A stretch of DNA of 64,000 nucleotides from an uncultured Gemmatimonadales bacterium (GCA_963771275.1 CAVYSW010000003.1:1280001-1344000), one strand, 5' to 3'; positions 1 to 9,806 are shown, numbered from the stretch's first letter. Numbers and translations are program-made. The notes: a model not told the origin generated them from the letters alone.

Positions 1-84
1 GCGACTGGGAGCTGGGGGGCATTGGGGCGGAAGATACGTGAAGCCGAGCAGAGGGGGAGAGCAGCAGATGAGCGGGGGGCGGCG

Positions 85-834
85 GTGATTCGCCTCCGCA
101 ACGTCCACAAGCGGTTCGACGAGCTGGTCGTGCTCGACGGGGTGAACTTCGACGTCGAGAAAGGCGAGACGATCGCGCTGCTCGGGCCGTCGGGCACGGG
201 GAAGAGCGTGCTGCTGAAGCACATCAACGGGTTGATCCATCCCGACCGGGGCGAGGTGTACGTCGACGGCCTGGCGGTGCCGCAGCTCGGGCGGAAGGAG
301 CTGTCCAAGCTGCGCTCCCGGATCGGCTACGTGTTCCAGTTCGGGGCGCTGTTCGACAGCATGAGCGTGGCCGAGAACATCAAGCTCGGGATCACCGACG
401 CGGCGTGCTCGGACGACGCGGCGTACTGCGAGCAGCGCGCGGTCGACTGTCTCGAGATGGTCAATCTGCCGGTGGACACGGCGCTCAAGTATCCCGCGGA
501 TCTCTCGGGGGGGATGCGCAAGCGGGTCGGGATCGCGCGGGCGATCGCCGGGAAGCCGGAATACCTGCTGTACGACGAGCCGACCTCGGGGCTCGACCCG
601 GTGAACGCCGACATCATCGACGAGCTGGTGGTGAAGCTGCGCGACGAGCTGGGCGTCACCAGCGTGGTGGTGACGCACGACGTGCGCGGGTCGTTCCGGG
701 TGGCCGATCGCGTGGCGCTGCTCAAGGACGGCAAGATCCGCGCGTTCGGCACGGCGGCCGATTTCCGGGCCAGCGAGGACGAGGCGGTGCGGGAGTTCAT
801 CGAGCGGGATTTCGGCCGGTTCCCCAGCGAGTGA
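85..834 (+). CDS. mlaF: ABC transporter ATP-binding protein, MlaF/Mkl type
   Basis: Walker A GPSGTGKS, signature LSGGMRKRV, Walker B YLLYDEPT, H-loop VVTHD; directly upstream of an MCE/MlaD gene; GTG at 85 preferred over the ORF-track start at 22. Confidence 0.85.
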   Translation: MIRLRNVHKRFDELVVLDGVNFDVEKGETIALLGPSGTGKSVLLKHINGLIHPDRGEVYVDGLAVPQLGRKELSKLRSRIGYVFQFGALFDSMSVAENIKLGITDAACSDDAAYCEQRAVDCLEMVNLPVDTALKYPADLSGGMRKRVGIARAIAGKPEYLLYDEPTSGLDPVNADIIDELVVKLRDELGVTSVVVTHDVRGSFRVADRVALLKDGKIRAFGTAADFRASEDEAVREFIERDFGRFPSE

Positions 835-852
835 GGACGGGGGTGGGGTGAC

Positions 853-1743
853 ATGGATCTGCACTACAAACAGGAAGTCACGGTCGGCCTGCTGGTGGTG
901 GCGGCGCTGGCGATCCTCGTGGGTGGGCTCACCTACCTGTCGGGGAAATCGATCCTCGGCGCGCGCACGCTCAGCGTCCCCGTGAAGATGGACAACGTCG
1001 CGGGGCTGGTCGAAGGCGATCCGGTGCACATCTCGGGCGTGCGGGTGGGGCGGGTGTCGGGCATCGACTTGAAGGGCGTCGGCAACGTGATGATCTACCT
1101 CGACATCAGCAAGACGGTGCGGCCCAGGGTGGACGCCAAGGTGTTCGTGCGCCCGCTCGACGCGTTCGGGGCGATGTTCGTGGACTACTACCCCGGGCAC
1201 AGCGACGAGCTGCTGGCCGATGGGCAGATGCTGGCCGGGACGCGCGAGCTGCCGCTCACCGAGACGGCGACGGCGGTGGCGGGGCAGGCGAGCGAGGTGA
1301 TGACCGGGGCGAGCGCGCTGTTGTCGACGCGCACGGCGGACGACGTGCACGAGACGATGCTCGCGACCCAGCGGGCGATGAACGTGGTGGCGCAGCTCGG
1401 GAGCGGGCCGCTGGTGGTTGAGGCGACCGAGGCGCTCAAGCGGCTGTCGTCCGCGGCGGGCCGGCTGGACAGCACGCTGGCGAGCCCCGATCTCAGCCGG
1501 TCGGTCGCTCAGCTCGACGAGATCACCGAGAACCTGAACGAGATGGTCGTGGGACTCGGCAGCGCCACGCAGTCGCTGGCCCAGATCATGACCAAGATCG
1601 AGAGCGACTCGGGCACGTTCGGCCGGCTGGTGAACGACACCGCGATGTACAACGAGGTCTTGCGGCTCACGACTTCGATGCGCCAGCTGCTCGACGACAT
1701 GCGCGAGCGGCCGTACCGGTATTTCAACCTCAAGGTGTTTTGA
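853..1743 (+). CDS. mlaD: MlaD/MCE family lipid-transport substrate-binding protein
   Basis: N-terminal TM helix, MCE motif GLVEGDPVHISGVRVGRV, helical C-terminus ending GTFGRLVND...PYRY. Confidence 0.85.
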   Translation: MDLHYKQEVTVGLLVVAALAILVGGLTYLSGKSILGARTLSVPVKMDNVAGLVEGDPVHISGVRVGRVSGIDLKGVGNVMIYLDISKTVRPRVDAKVFVRPLDAFGAMFVDYYPGHSDELLADGQMLAGTRELPLTETATAVAGQASEVMTGASALLSTRTADDVHETMLATQRAMNVVAQLGSGPLVVEATEALKRLSSAAGRLDSTLASPDLSRSVAQLDEITENLNEMVVGLGSATQSLAQIMTKIESDSGTFGRLVNDTAMYNEVLRLTTSMRQLLDDMRERPYRYFNLKVF

Positions 1744-1745
1744 AC

Positions 1746-1786
1746 GTTGGCCGTTGGCCGATAGCCGATAGCCGATAGCCGATAGC
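1746..1786 (+). repeat. Tandem heptamer run: GTTGGCC x2 then GCCGATA x4
   Basis: Read directly; GCCGATA at 1757, 1764, 1771, 1778. Confidence 0.9.
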
Positions 1787-1841
1787 AGTGGCGCGCGCCG
1801 GGACCGGAGCGTACGATACGGATGCCGCTTCGGAGGACCGC

Positions 1842-2841
1842 ATGGCCCGCTCATCTCATCTCATCGATCGTCGCGACTTTCTCCGCGTCACCGCCGCCGG
1901 GCTCGCGTTGCTGCCCGCGGTGGGGCCCAAGGGTCTCCGGATGCCGCGGGTGGGGCGAACCAGCCGGGTGGCGCTGGTGCGCACCGCCGATCGCAAGCGC
2001 GGTGTCGCCGAGGTGCTGAAGCTGTTCAATCCACTGGGCATGGCCGGGAAGCGCGTGGTGGTGAAGCCCAACTTCAACACCGCGGACGACGCGCCGGGCT
2101 CGACGCACAGCGATACGCTGAGCCAGCTGGTCACCGAGCTGCGCGAGCGGGACGCCCGCGGCGTGACGCTGGGCGAATCGAGCGGGCCGCCGCAGACGCG
2201 GGGCGTGATGGAGCGGAAGGGCATCTTCGACCTGGCCCAGCAGCTCACGTTCGACGTGGTGAACTTCGACGAGATCCCGGAATCCGACTGGGTGCCGTTC
2301 GGCGCCGGAGGGCACGCACTGGCCGGAGGGCTTCCACCTGCCGCGGCTGGTGGTGGACGCCGAGTACCTGGTCAGCACGTGCTGTCTCAAGACGCACGGG
2401 TTCGGCGGCGTGTTCACCATGTCGCTCAAGCTCGCGGTGGGGCTCACGCCCAAGCCGATCCGCCGCACGATGCACCGCTCGCCCGACATGCGCCGCATGA
2501 TCGCCGAGCTGAACGCCCGCTACCGCCCGCGGCTGATCGTGCTGGACGGGGTCGCCGCGTTCACCGACGGCGGCCCGTCCACCGGCACGCTCAAGCAGGG
2601 GAACGTGATGATCGCCGGCGACGACCGGGTGGCGGTGGACGCCGTCGGCCTCGCGGTGCTCAAGGAGCTGGGCTCGAACGACGCCATCATGGGCCGCCGG
2701 ATCTTCGAGCAGGAGCAGATCGCCCGGGCGGTGGAGCTGGGCCTCGGCGTGAGCGGCCCCGGCGAGATCGAGCTGGTGACCGGCGACGCCGAGAGCCGCG
2801 CATACGCGGCTCGCCTCAAGGAGATTCTCGCCGAAGGCTGA
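1842..2841 (+). pseudogene. Tat-exported DUF362 family protein, frameshifted near 2305-2310 (possibly a sequence error)
   Basis: SD GGAGGA before ATG 1842; DRRDFL twin-arginine signal; VVVKPNFN motif in the first frame, then CLKTH...TMSLKLAVG and DRVAVDAVG in the frame of ORF 2350..2841. Confidence 0.75.
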
Positions 2842-2846
2842 CGATG

Positions 2847-2976
2847 GCCGATAGCCGATAACCGATTGCCGAGAGATCGGGATAAGGAGGGGGCGGTCTC
2901 GCAAGGTCGCCCCTTCCCGTATCTCGGCTCTCGGCCACCGGCCACCGGCATCGGCTATCGGCTATCGGCTATCGGC
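2847..2976. repeat. Composite palindromic element: GCCGANN heptamers, central GC hairpin (2890-2913), NNNCGGC heptamers
   Basis: Left arm GCCGATA GCCGATA ACCGATT GCCGAGA; right arm TCTCGGC x2, CACCGGC x2, ATCGGC, TATCGGC x3, the reverse complement of the left-arm unit. Confidence 0.85.
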
Positions 2977-2996
2977 CGCCCTCCTATATTCCCGCC

Positions 2997-3950
2997 ATGC
3001 TGAGTCTCACCTTCCTCGGCACGTCGGCGGCGCGGCCCACGGTCGAGCGGTCGGTCTCGGCCATCGCGCTCGAGCGCGAGGGGGAGATGCTGCTGTTCGA
3101 CTGCGGCGAGGGGACGCAGCGGCAGATGATGAAGTACGGCGTGGGGTTCTCGCTCGCTGAGATCTTCTTCACGCACTTCCACAGCGACCACTTCCTCGGC
3201 GTGATCGGGCTGGTGCGCACCTTGGGGCTCCAGGGGCGGACCGAGCCGCTGACGCTGTACGGGCCGGTGGGGGCGAAGCGGGTGCTCACGGCGGCGATCG
3301 AGCTGGGCGTGGAGCGGGCGCCGTTTCCGGTGAAGATCGTGGAGCTCTCGCCGGGCGGGCGGCTGGCGCGGAAGGGCTACGACCTCGAGGTGTTCGGGGT
3401 GGATCACGGCGGGAACGCGGTGGGCTACGCGCTGCGGGAGCACCGGCGGCTCGGCCGGTTCGATCCGGACAAGGCGCGCGCGCTCGAGATTCCCGAGGGC
3501 CCGCTGTGGGGCCGGCTGCACAAGGGCGAGACCGTGGAGTGGGACGAGTCGCGCAGCGACGGCCCGCCGCTCCGCCGCTCGGCCGGTCCGGCGGAGCTGG
3601 TGGGCGCGCCGCGGCCGGGCCGGCTGGTGGTGATCTCGGGCGACACGCGGCCGAGCGCCACGCTGGTGGAGGTGGCGACGGGGGCGGATCTGCTGGTGCA
3701 CGAGGCCACGTTCACGGTGGAGGAGAAGGAGCGGGCGCTCGAGACCCGGCATTCCACGGCGCTCGAGGCGGCGCAGGTGGCGTTGGCCGCCCGGGTGAAG
3801 CGGCTGGTGCTGACCCATCTCTCGGCCCGGTTCTCGATGGCGTGGAATGAGCTGCTGGATGAGGCGACGCAGGTGTTTCCGGAGACGGTGGTGGCGCGGG
3901 ATGGGATGGTGGTGGAGGTGGGATTCGCCGATGAGGTCGCGGAGCGGTAG
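2997..3950 (+). CDS. rnz: Ribonuclease Z
   Basis: FLGTSAARPT, FDCGEGTQRQ, THFHSDH metallo-beta-lactamase motif, exosite GP-rich arm, SGDT, HEAT, LTHLSAR. Confidence 0.95.
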   Translation: MLSLTFLGTSAARPTVERSVSAIALEREGEMLLFDCGEGTQRQMMKYGVGFSLAEIFFTHFHSDHFLGVIGLVRTLGLQGRTEPLTLYGPVGAKRVLTAAIELGVERAPFPVKIVELSPGGRLARKGYDLEVFGVDHGGNAVGYALREHRRLGRFDPDKARALEIPEGPLWGRLHKGETVEWDESRSDGPPLRRSAGPAELVGAPRPGRLVVISGDTRPSATLVEVATGADLLVHEATFTVEEKERALETRHSTALEAAQVALAARVKRLVLTHLSARFSMAWNELLDEATQVFPETVVARDGMVVEVGFADEVAER

Positions 3951-3971
3951 GGCGGCAGAGGGGAAGGCGGG

Positions 3972-4027
3972 TTGACCGGGGTTGGGGCGTGCGTCTAGGT
4001 TTAGCGGCTCGCCGCCCGTGCTATCTT
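3972..4027 (+). promoter_or_regulatory. Probable sigma70 promoter(s) of the tRNA pair
   Basis: TTGACC-N18-TAGGTT (3972-4001) and an extended -10 TGCTATCTT near 4019-4027. Confidence 0.45.
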
Positions 4028-4051
4028 GAGGGCGGGTTTGTGTTTGCGCGC

Positions 4052-4124
4052 GGGGCTGTAGCTCAGCTGGGAGAGCGCCTGGATCGCACCCAGGAGGTCA
4101 GGGGTTCGAGCCCCCTCAGCTCCA
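4052..4124 (+). tRNA. tRNA-Ala (anticodon CGC), CCA not encoded
   Basis: Acceptor stem GGGGCTG/CAGCTCC with the G3-U70 pair; anticodon arm CCTGG-ATCGCAC-CCAGG; GGTTCGAG T-loop. Confidence 0.95.
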
Positions 4125-4144
4125 CTGTACAATTGAAGGTGCAC

Positions 4145-4217
4145 TGCCCCTTGGTGTAACTGGCAACACGCCTGACTCTGGATCAGGAGAGTCCTGGTTC
4201 GAGCCCAGGAGGGGCAA
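4145..4217 (+). tRNA. tRNA-Gln (anticodon CTG), CCA not encoded
   Basis: Acceptor stem TGCCCCT/AGGGGCA; anticodon arm CCTGA-CTCTGGA-TCAGG; T arm CCTGG-TTCGAGC-CCAGG. Confidence 0.95.
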
Positions 4218-4264
4218 TGAAGACGAGGCCGACGGGCGAACAGCCCGCCGGCCTTCGTCTTCAT
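4217..4264. terminator. Long hairpin directly after the tRNA pair, probable terminator
   Basis: ATGAAGACGA-GGCCG-ACGGGC...GCCCG-CCGGCC-TTCGTCTTCAT inverted repeat. Confidence 0.6.
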
Positions 4265-4281
4265 GGGGAGGTGGTGGCTCA

Positions 4282-4322
4282 CCTCACCCCCGGGCCCCCT
4301 CTCCGCTTCCGCGGAGAGGGGG
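4282..4322. repeat. REP-like element CCTCACCCCCGGG followed by a 12-bp perfect hairpin
   Basis: CCCCCTCTCCGC-TTCC-GCGGAGAGGGGG at 4295-4322, overlapping the 3' end of the DUF559 gene. Confidence 0.7.
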
Positions 4323-4664
4323 GACGAAGGGGATGATCGCCGCGCGCAGGGTGGCTTCGCTTACCTGGGAGTTCCGTATCCGCACCAGCTGGATCCCGTG
4401 GGTCTCGAGGATCGCTGAGCGCTCGGCGTCGTAGGCACGCTGGGCGGGGGTGTCGTGGTAGGGGCCGTCCAGCTCAATGGCCAGGTTGAGCTCCGCGCAG
4501 TAGAAGTCCAGGACGAAGCCGGCGAAGGCGTGCTGGCGACGGAACTTGAGGCCGAGCATGCGGCGGTCCCGGAGCAGGCGCCACGCATAGCGCTCAGCGG
4601 GGGTGGAGCACTGGCGGAGCTGGCGCGCGAGGGCGCCGCGCGGGAGCCAGGGGAAGAGCGGCAC
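4284..4664 (-). CDS. DUF559 (Vsr-like PD-(D/E)xK) endonuclease domain protein
   Basis: ARQLR..STPAE..W..LR, KFRRQH, FVLDFYC, LAIELDG..H motifs; GTG start at 4664 inferred. Confidence 0.85.
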   Translation of the reverse strand: MPLFPWLPRGALARQLRQCSTPAERYAWRLLRDRRMLGLKFRRQHAFAGFVLDFYCAELNLAIELDGPYHDTPAQRAYDAERSAILETHGIQLVRIRNSQVSEATLRAAIIPFVPPLRGSGEGARG

Positions 4665-4845
4665 GTACGAGGATGGTCTGGTGCCGCGAGCCGACGGTAA
4701 TCGAAACGACGCGAGGGGGGAGCGGAACGGGCCGGGTGCTGGGCACCGATCTGGCCCGGAACGTGACCAAAGCGGATATTCTGGTAGCGACGCGCGCCGC
4801 CATCGGGCCAGCCCTGGTCGGATGGTGCAGCCGGAGGAGCAAGAG

Positions 4846-5460
4846 ATGCATCTCCTCGGTGAACGGACACTCGGCATTGCCATCCTGTTCCTGCTGGGCG
4901 CGTTGGTTGCCGTCAAGCGAGTCGCCACGGGCTCCGTTCTGGACAAGCCACGTGGCGGCCTGATGGTCCAGAGCGTCAATATCCTCAACCTCGTCTTCCT
5001 CCTGATCGTGAACCCCTCGGCCGCGGTGCTCCTCATCACTTCCCGTCTCGCAACGGTCGATCCCACCATCCTCACGATCGATCAGCCCGCAATTGTGAGT
5101 AGTCTGGAGATCGCAGGGTTGGCGATGTATGTGACGGGGTACGCCGTCATGGTGGGCGCGCTGATCGTGCTGGGGCGCAACTACCAACTGGGCGGATGCG
5201 CGCCTCGACCTGAAGACCGGATGGTCCTGAGGGGACCCTACCGGCTGATCCGTCATCCCATGTACGCGGCGGCGTTGAGCATCGCTCTCGGGTTGGCGTG
5301 CCTGATTCAGTCTGGCGCGGCCCTTTCCGTGTTCTGTATCTATCTCGTCTTGATCGGTCTGCTGATTCCGGTAGAGGAGGCCGGACTGCGGCGAGCGTAC
5401 GGCGACGCGTACGTCGCGTATCGGCGGAAGTCCAGCAAGTTGATCCCGTTCGTCTACTGA
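4846..5460 (+). CDS. Isoprenylcysteine carboxyl methyltransferase (ICMT/PEMT) family membrane protein
   Basis: Multiple TM helices; GPYRLIRHPMY and EE..L...YG..Y..Y signature; SD GGAGGAG before ATG 4846. Confidence 0.85.
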   Translation: MHLLGERTLGIAILFLLGALVAVKRVATGSVLDKPRGGLMVQSVNILNLVFLLIVNPSAAVLLITSRLATVDPTILTIDQPAIVSSLEIAGLAMYVTGYAVMVGALIVLGRNYQLGGCAPRPEDRMVLRGPYRLIRHPMYAAALSIALGLACLIQSGAALSVFCIYLVLIGLLIPVEEAGLRRAYGDAYVAYRRKSSKLIPFVY

Positions 5461-5497
5461 GGCTCCCGGACCACGCGCACAAGTACGAGGCCACCCA

Positions 5498-6241
5498 ATG
5501 AAGGTCTTGACAGTGTACGCCCATCCGAATCCCAAGTCGTTCTGCCACGCTGTCCTCGAGCAGTTCACCAAGGGATTGGAGGACGCGGGCCACGCGAGTG
5601 AGGTGGTGGACCTCTATGCCATTCGCTTCGATCCGGTGTTTCGCATGCAGGATTTCGGCAGTTACGTGCACGACAGCATGCCGCCGGACATACTCGAGAG
5701 TATGAACTTGAGGCAGCGTGTGCTGGACTCCGCGGGCGGTCCCATCCGGAGGTTCATCGCTTCACGCTTGGTCCGGGGGAAGGATCCTCGCGGCCTGGCG
5801 CGATTCATCCACGACCATCGCCCCAAGGACGTCATCGCGCAGTGGGAGAAAGTGAAGAGCGCGCAGGGTCTGGCCTTCGTCGCCCCGGTCTTCTGGCTGC
5901 ACTTCCCCGCGATCCTGAAAGGGTGGTTCGAGCGGGTCTTCTCTTATGGCGACGCCTATGCCCTGACCACGGAGGGTTGGCGTGGCGAAGTGGCGGGCCG
6001 AGTGCCGCTGCTGAAGCATGAAAAGGCCCTGATCATCAGCACGACGCTCTTCCGGGAAGAGGACTACAAGGCTGGTCTTGAGGCCCCGATGACACGCATG
6101 ATCGATGACTGGGGACTGCGGTACCCGGGGATCAAGAACGTCCAGCACGTCTTCTTCTATCGCGTGGCGGTGGCGGACGAAACCACCCTGCGGGCTTACC
6201 TAGAGCGAGCCTACAAGTTGGGCAGACAGTTCGCCGCATGA
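5498..6241 (+). CDS. NAD(P)H-dependent oxidoreductase, flavodoxin-like fold (MdaB/KefF/NQO type)
   Basis: VYAHPNPKSF, VVDLYAIRFDP, PVFWLHFPAILKGWFERV motifs. Confidence 0.9.
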   Translation: MKVLTVYAHPNPKSFCHAVLEQFTKGLEDAGHASEVVDLYAIRFDPVFRMQDFGSYVHDSMPPDILESMNLRQRVLDSAGGPIRRFIASRLVRGKDPRGLARFIHDHRPKDVIAQWEKVKSAQGLAFVAPVFWLHFPAILKGWFERVFSYGDAYALTTEGWRGEVAGRVPLLKHEKALIISTTLFREEDYKAGLEAPMTRMIDDWGLRYPGIKNVQHVFFYRVAVADETTLRAYLERAYKLGRQFAA

Positions 6242-6324
6242 CGGGAGGCGTGCGCTGCGCCGCGAACTCGCGTTCAAGTTGACATTCTGCCGGGCCTAAA
6301 GCCGTCGTGAGTCGTTGTCCTGCA

Positions 6325-6356
6325 GACTCTGGATCAGGAGAGTCCTGGTTTGAACC
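6325..6356 (+). repeat. Partial duplicate of tRNA-Gln (att-like direct repeat)
   Basis: GACTCTGGATCAGGAGAGTCCTGGTT at 6325-6350 is identical to 4174-4199; continues TGAACC versus CGAGCC. Confidence 0.9.
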
Positions 6357-6373
6357 GCAACGGGCTCGCCCAG

Positions 6374-6585
6374 CAACGGCCGAATGTGGGCCAACAACCG
6401 TCGTTTGTCGGACTGCAATCGCCGTTTGCACGCTTACAGAAGCTCCTTGCAGGCCAGCACCGGAGCTTTGAGGACCCTCACCGACCGTTTGCAGGCCCGC
6501 AACGGGCTTTCGCACGTCCTCAGACAGCCTCGGCAACTCCTGCAACGGCCCGTTTTCAGGTCCACAGAAGGCCGTTGCTGGCCAG
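6374..6585 (+). repeat. About 10 degenerate 21-bp tandem units
   Basis: Units start CA at 6374, 6395, 6416, 6437, 6458, 6479, 6500, 6521, then 6543 and 6565; recurring core (CG)TTTGCAGGCC. Confidence 0.7.
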
Positions 6586-7010
6586 CAAAGACCGCCCGGT
6601 AGTGAGCAACGCCGCCGACAACACATCGTCTTGACATGGCGCGCTCATTCATGCCGGTTAGGCTGCGAGCAGGATGGCCGCGCGCAGGTCCAATGCAGTT
6701 GGACCGCAACAGCGGAGGTGTCGGGTGTACGAGGAGGGAGAACCCGAGATCCAGCGAATCCTCGTGAGATCGACGGTCGCGGCGTTCACGGTCATCTGGA
6801 TGGCAAGCTCGTCGCTTGCCGCCCAGCGAGCGTATGTCCCGCAACCACTCCACGTGGAATCCTGTCCGGCGGCGGACACTGCGCTCGGGCCGTTGGGTAG
6901 GGATCGGAGTGCCAACGTGCGGGGCTACTACTCCGCCGAGCGTGACGCCAACTGCCGTTGACACTTGCGGGCCGACGGGCAGTGATTGCATCGGGGTTCG
7001 TTCTGCACGC

Positions 7011-8171
<1,161 letters not shown>

Positions 8172-8298
8172 TCAGGCCGGCCCGTCGCATCAGACCATTC
8201 CTTGTCCCTGCATGCGGACAGACGACACTCAGCCGAAGTCCACGACGACGGGATTCGTGAGGTCGCCCAGCCCCGCATTGAGCGCGGTGGGTCGGGTG

Positions 8299-9705
8299 TC
8301 AGGGCCGTGCGTTGAACAAGATCGGCTGACGTACGAGAACGCGAATCGGTTTCCCTCGGAACTTCCCCGGATGGTAGCTACACCCCGACAGTAGCTGGAC
8401 GGCGCCGGCGTCGTCCACCAGGCCGCTACCTTCCAGCACTCGCAGCGTCCGCGGCTCCGGCTTGCCGTCCAACCCCACCACGAACTCGAGCGTCACCTGC
8501 ACGCGGCGCGAGGGATCGTCACGGAATTGAAGGCGGGTGTTGCAGTGCTTCACCCGAGGTGGGTCCACCGCCTGGGGTCGGTCTCCGTTTGACAGCGGCA
8601 GCGAGTCCGGGAAGTAGTCTCCCTGCGGCCCGCTGCACCGCGGCTCGCCCCCCCGCGCGGGAAGCGCGGGCACCGGAATGCTGTCGCCGACGGCGACCAC
8701 GCAGCGCACCCCCGTGCTGTCACGCAAGGCAACGGCCGACCACCCGGCCGCGCCCCACGACAGCATCACGACACGGATGGTCGGATCCCAGCCGCCCCCG
8801 GCATGGAGATCCGCCACGTCGGAGGCGTACGCGTCGCCGGCCGCGTGACGGCGTTCCTGCGCGGCCACCACGTCGCGGAGCGCGGCCCGCATGGCCTCCA
8901 CCGCCGGCGTTCCAGGGCCGGGATCGGTCGGCGAGCTGTCGGGCGGTGGCGGTACGCCCGGCTGGCTCGGCGCCAGGCCGACCCGCTGGCGCATGATCGC
9001 GCGCACCGGCGCGCCACGCAGCACGGCGGGCCGAAAGACGCAGCCGCTGAGCCGCATCAGCATGGCCACGCTCGCATCCAGGCCGCCCGTGCTCTCGACC
9101 ACGATCCTGCCCGGCTCGACCCGTCCATCGACTCCCACGATGAAGGCGACGTAGACCGAGTCGTTGCGCTCCGGCAGCTTCGGGATCTTGAGCGACGGGC
9201 AGTCGAGCTGCTCGGGAGCCGCCTCGAGCGCCGGGTCCTGCCACCAGAACAGCCAGGTCGGGTCCGGGACCGCGCCCCGCGCCTCGACGTAGCTGCCGTC
9301 CGCGGCGACGCAATACGGGCGATCGTCAGTGCGGGGGGCGTTGAGCAGCGGCGCGGCCGAGCCGATGACGACGGCGCACCGCAGGCCGGGATCGGCCCGG
9401 TGCAGGGCGATGGCGCTCCACCCCGAGCGGCTGGCTTCGAGTATCTCGAGCGTCACCAGCGAGTCGATTGGAGCCTGCCAGACGTCCCACGGGAACGCGC
9501 CGGTTCGCGCGAACGCGGACGACTGCGCCGCGATCAGGTTCGACAGCTCGCGGGACATGGCGGTCGCGGCTGCTTCGTGCCGCTCGGAGAGTGGCGGCGG
9601 CGTGACCTGGGCGCAGAGCGGCGGGCACGCCCAGCTCAGGGCGAGAGCCGCCGCGACTGAGAAGAACCGCGCCGTGAGGCTCAATTCTGGTGCGCCGGGT
9701 TCCAA
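8299..9705 (-). CDS. Secreted protein with two tandem [pilin-like domain + TonB C-terminal-like domain] modules
   Basis: Signal peptide ending LCAQ; two AM...L..L.AAQ...GWSA.A...C.V..G segments, each followed by F.VG.DG..EP....V...F/Y.P....G.P.R....RQ; start uncertain. Confidence 0.6.
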   Translation of the reverse strand: MEPGAPELSLTARFFSVAAALALSWACPPLCAQVTPPPLSERHEAAATAMSRELSNLIAAQSSAFARTGAFPWDVWQAPIDSLVTLEILEASRSGWSAIALHRADPGLRCAVVIGSAAPLLNAPRTDDRPYCVAADGSYVEARGAVPDPTWLFWWQDPALEAAPEQLDCPSLKIPKLPERNDSVYVAFIVGVDGRVEPGRIVVESTGGLDASVAMLMRLSGCVFRPAVLRGAPVRAIMRQRVGLAPSQPGVPPPPDSSPTDPGPGTPAVEAMRAALRDVVAAQERRHAAGDAYASDVADLHAGGGWDPTIRVVMLSWGAAGWSAVALRDSTGVRCVVAVGDSIPVPALPARGGEPRCSGPQGDYFPDSLPLSNGDRPQAVDPPRVKHCNTRLQFRDDPSRRVQVTLEFVVGLDGKPEPRTLRVLEGSGLVDDAGAVQLLSGCSYHPGKFRGKPIRVLVRQPILFNARP

Positions 9706-9806
9706 GGCCTTCCTCCCGCGGCGACGATCCCCACGATGACACGACGTACCTTGAGCGTCAACCTGCTACTGGTAGCAGTCACCCCAGCAGCGGCAAAACC
9801 GCGGCC

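Noticed and set aside
1757..1786. Heptamer run as a phase-variation tract
   Set aside because: It is intergenic, upstream of the likely -10 and SD, and mirrored by inverted copies, which fits a repeat element better
6374..6585. Possible CRISPR array
   Set aside because: Units are contiguous, degenerate 21-mers with no constant repeat, no unique spacers and no cas genes
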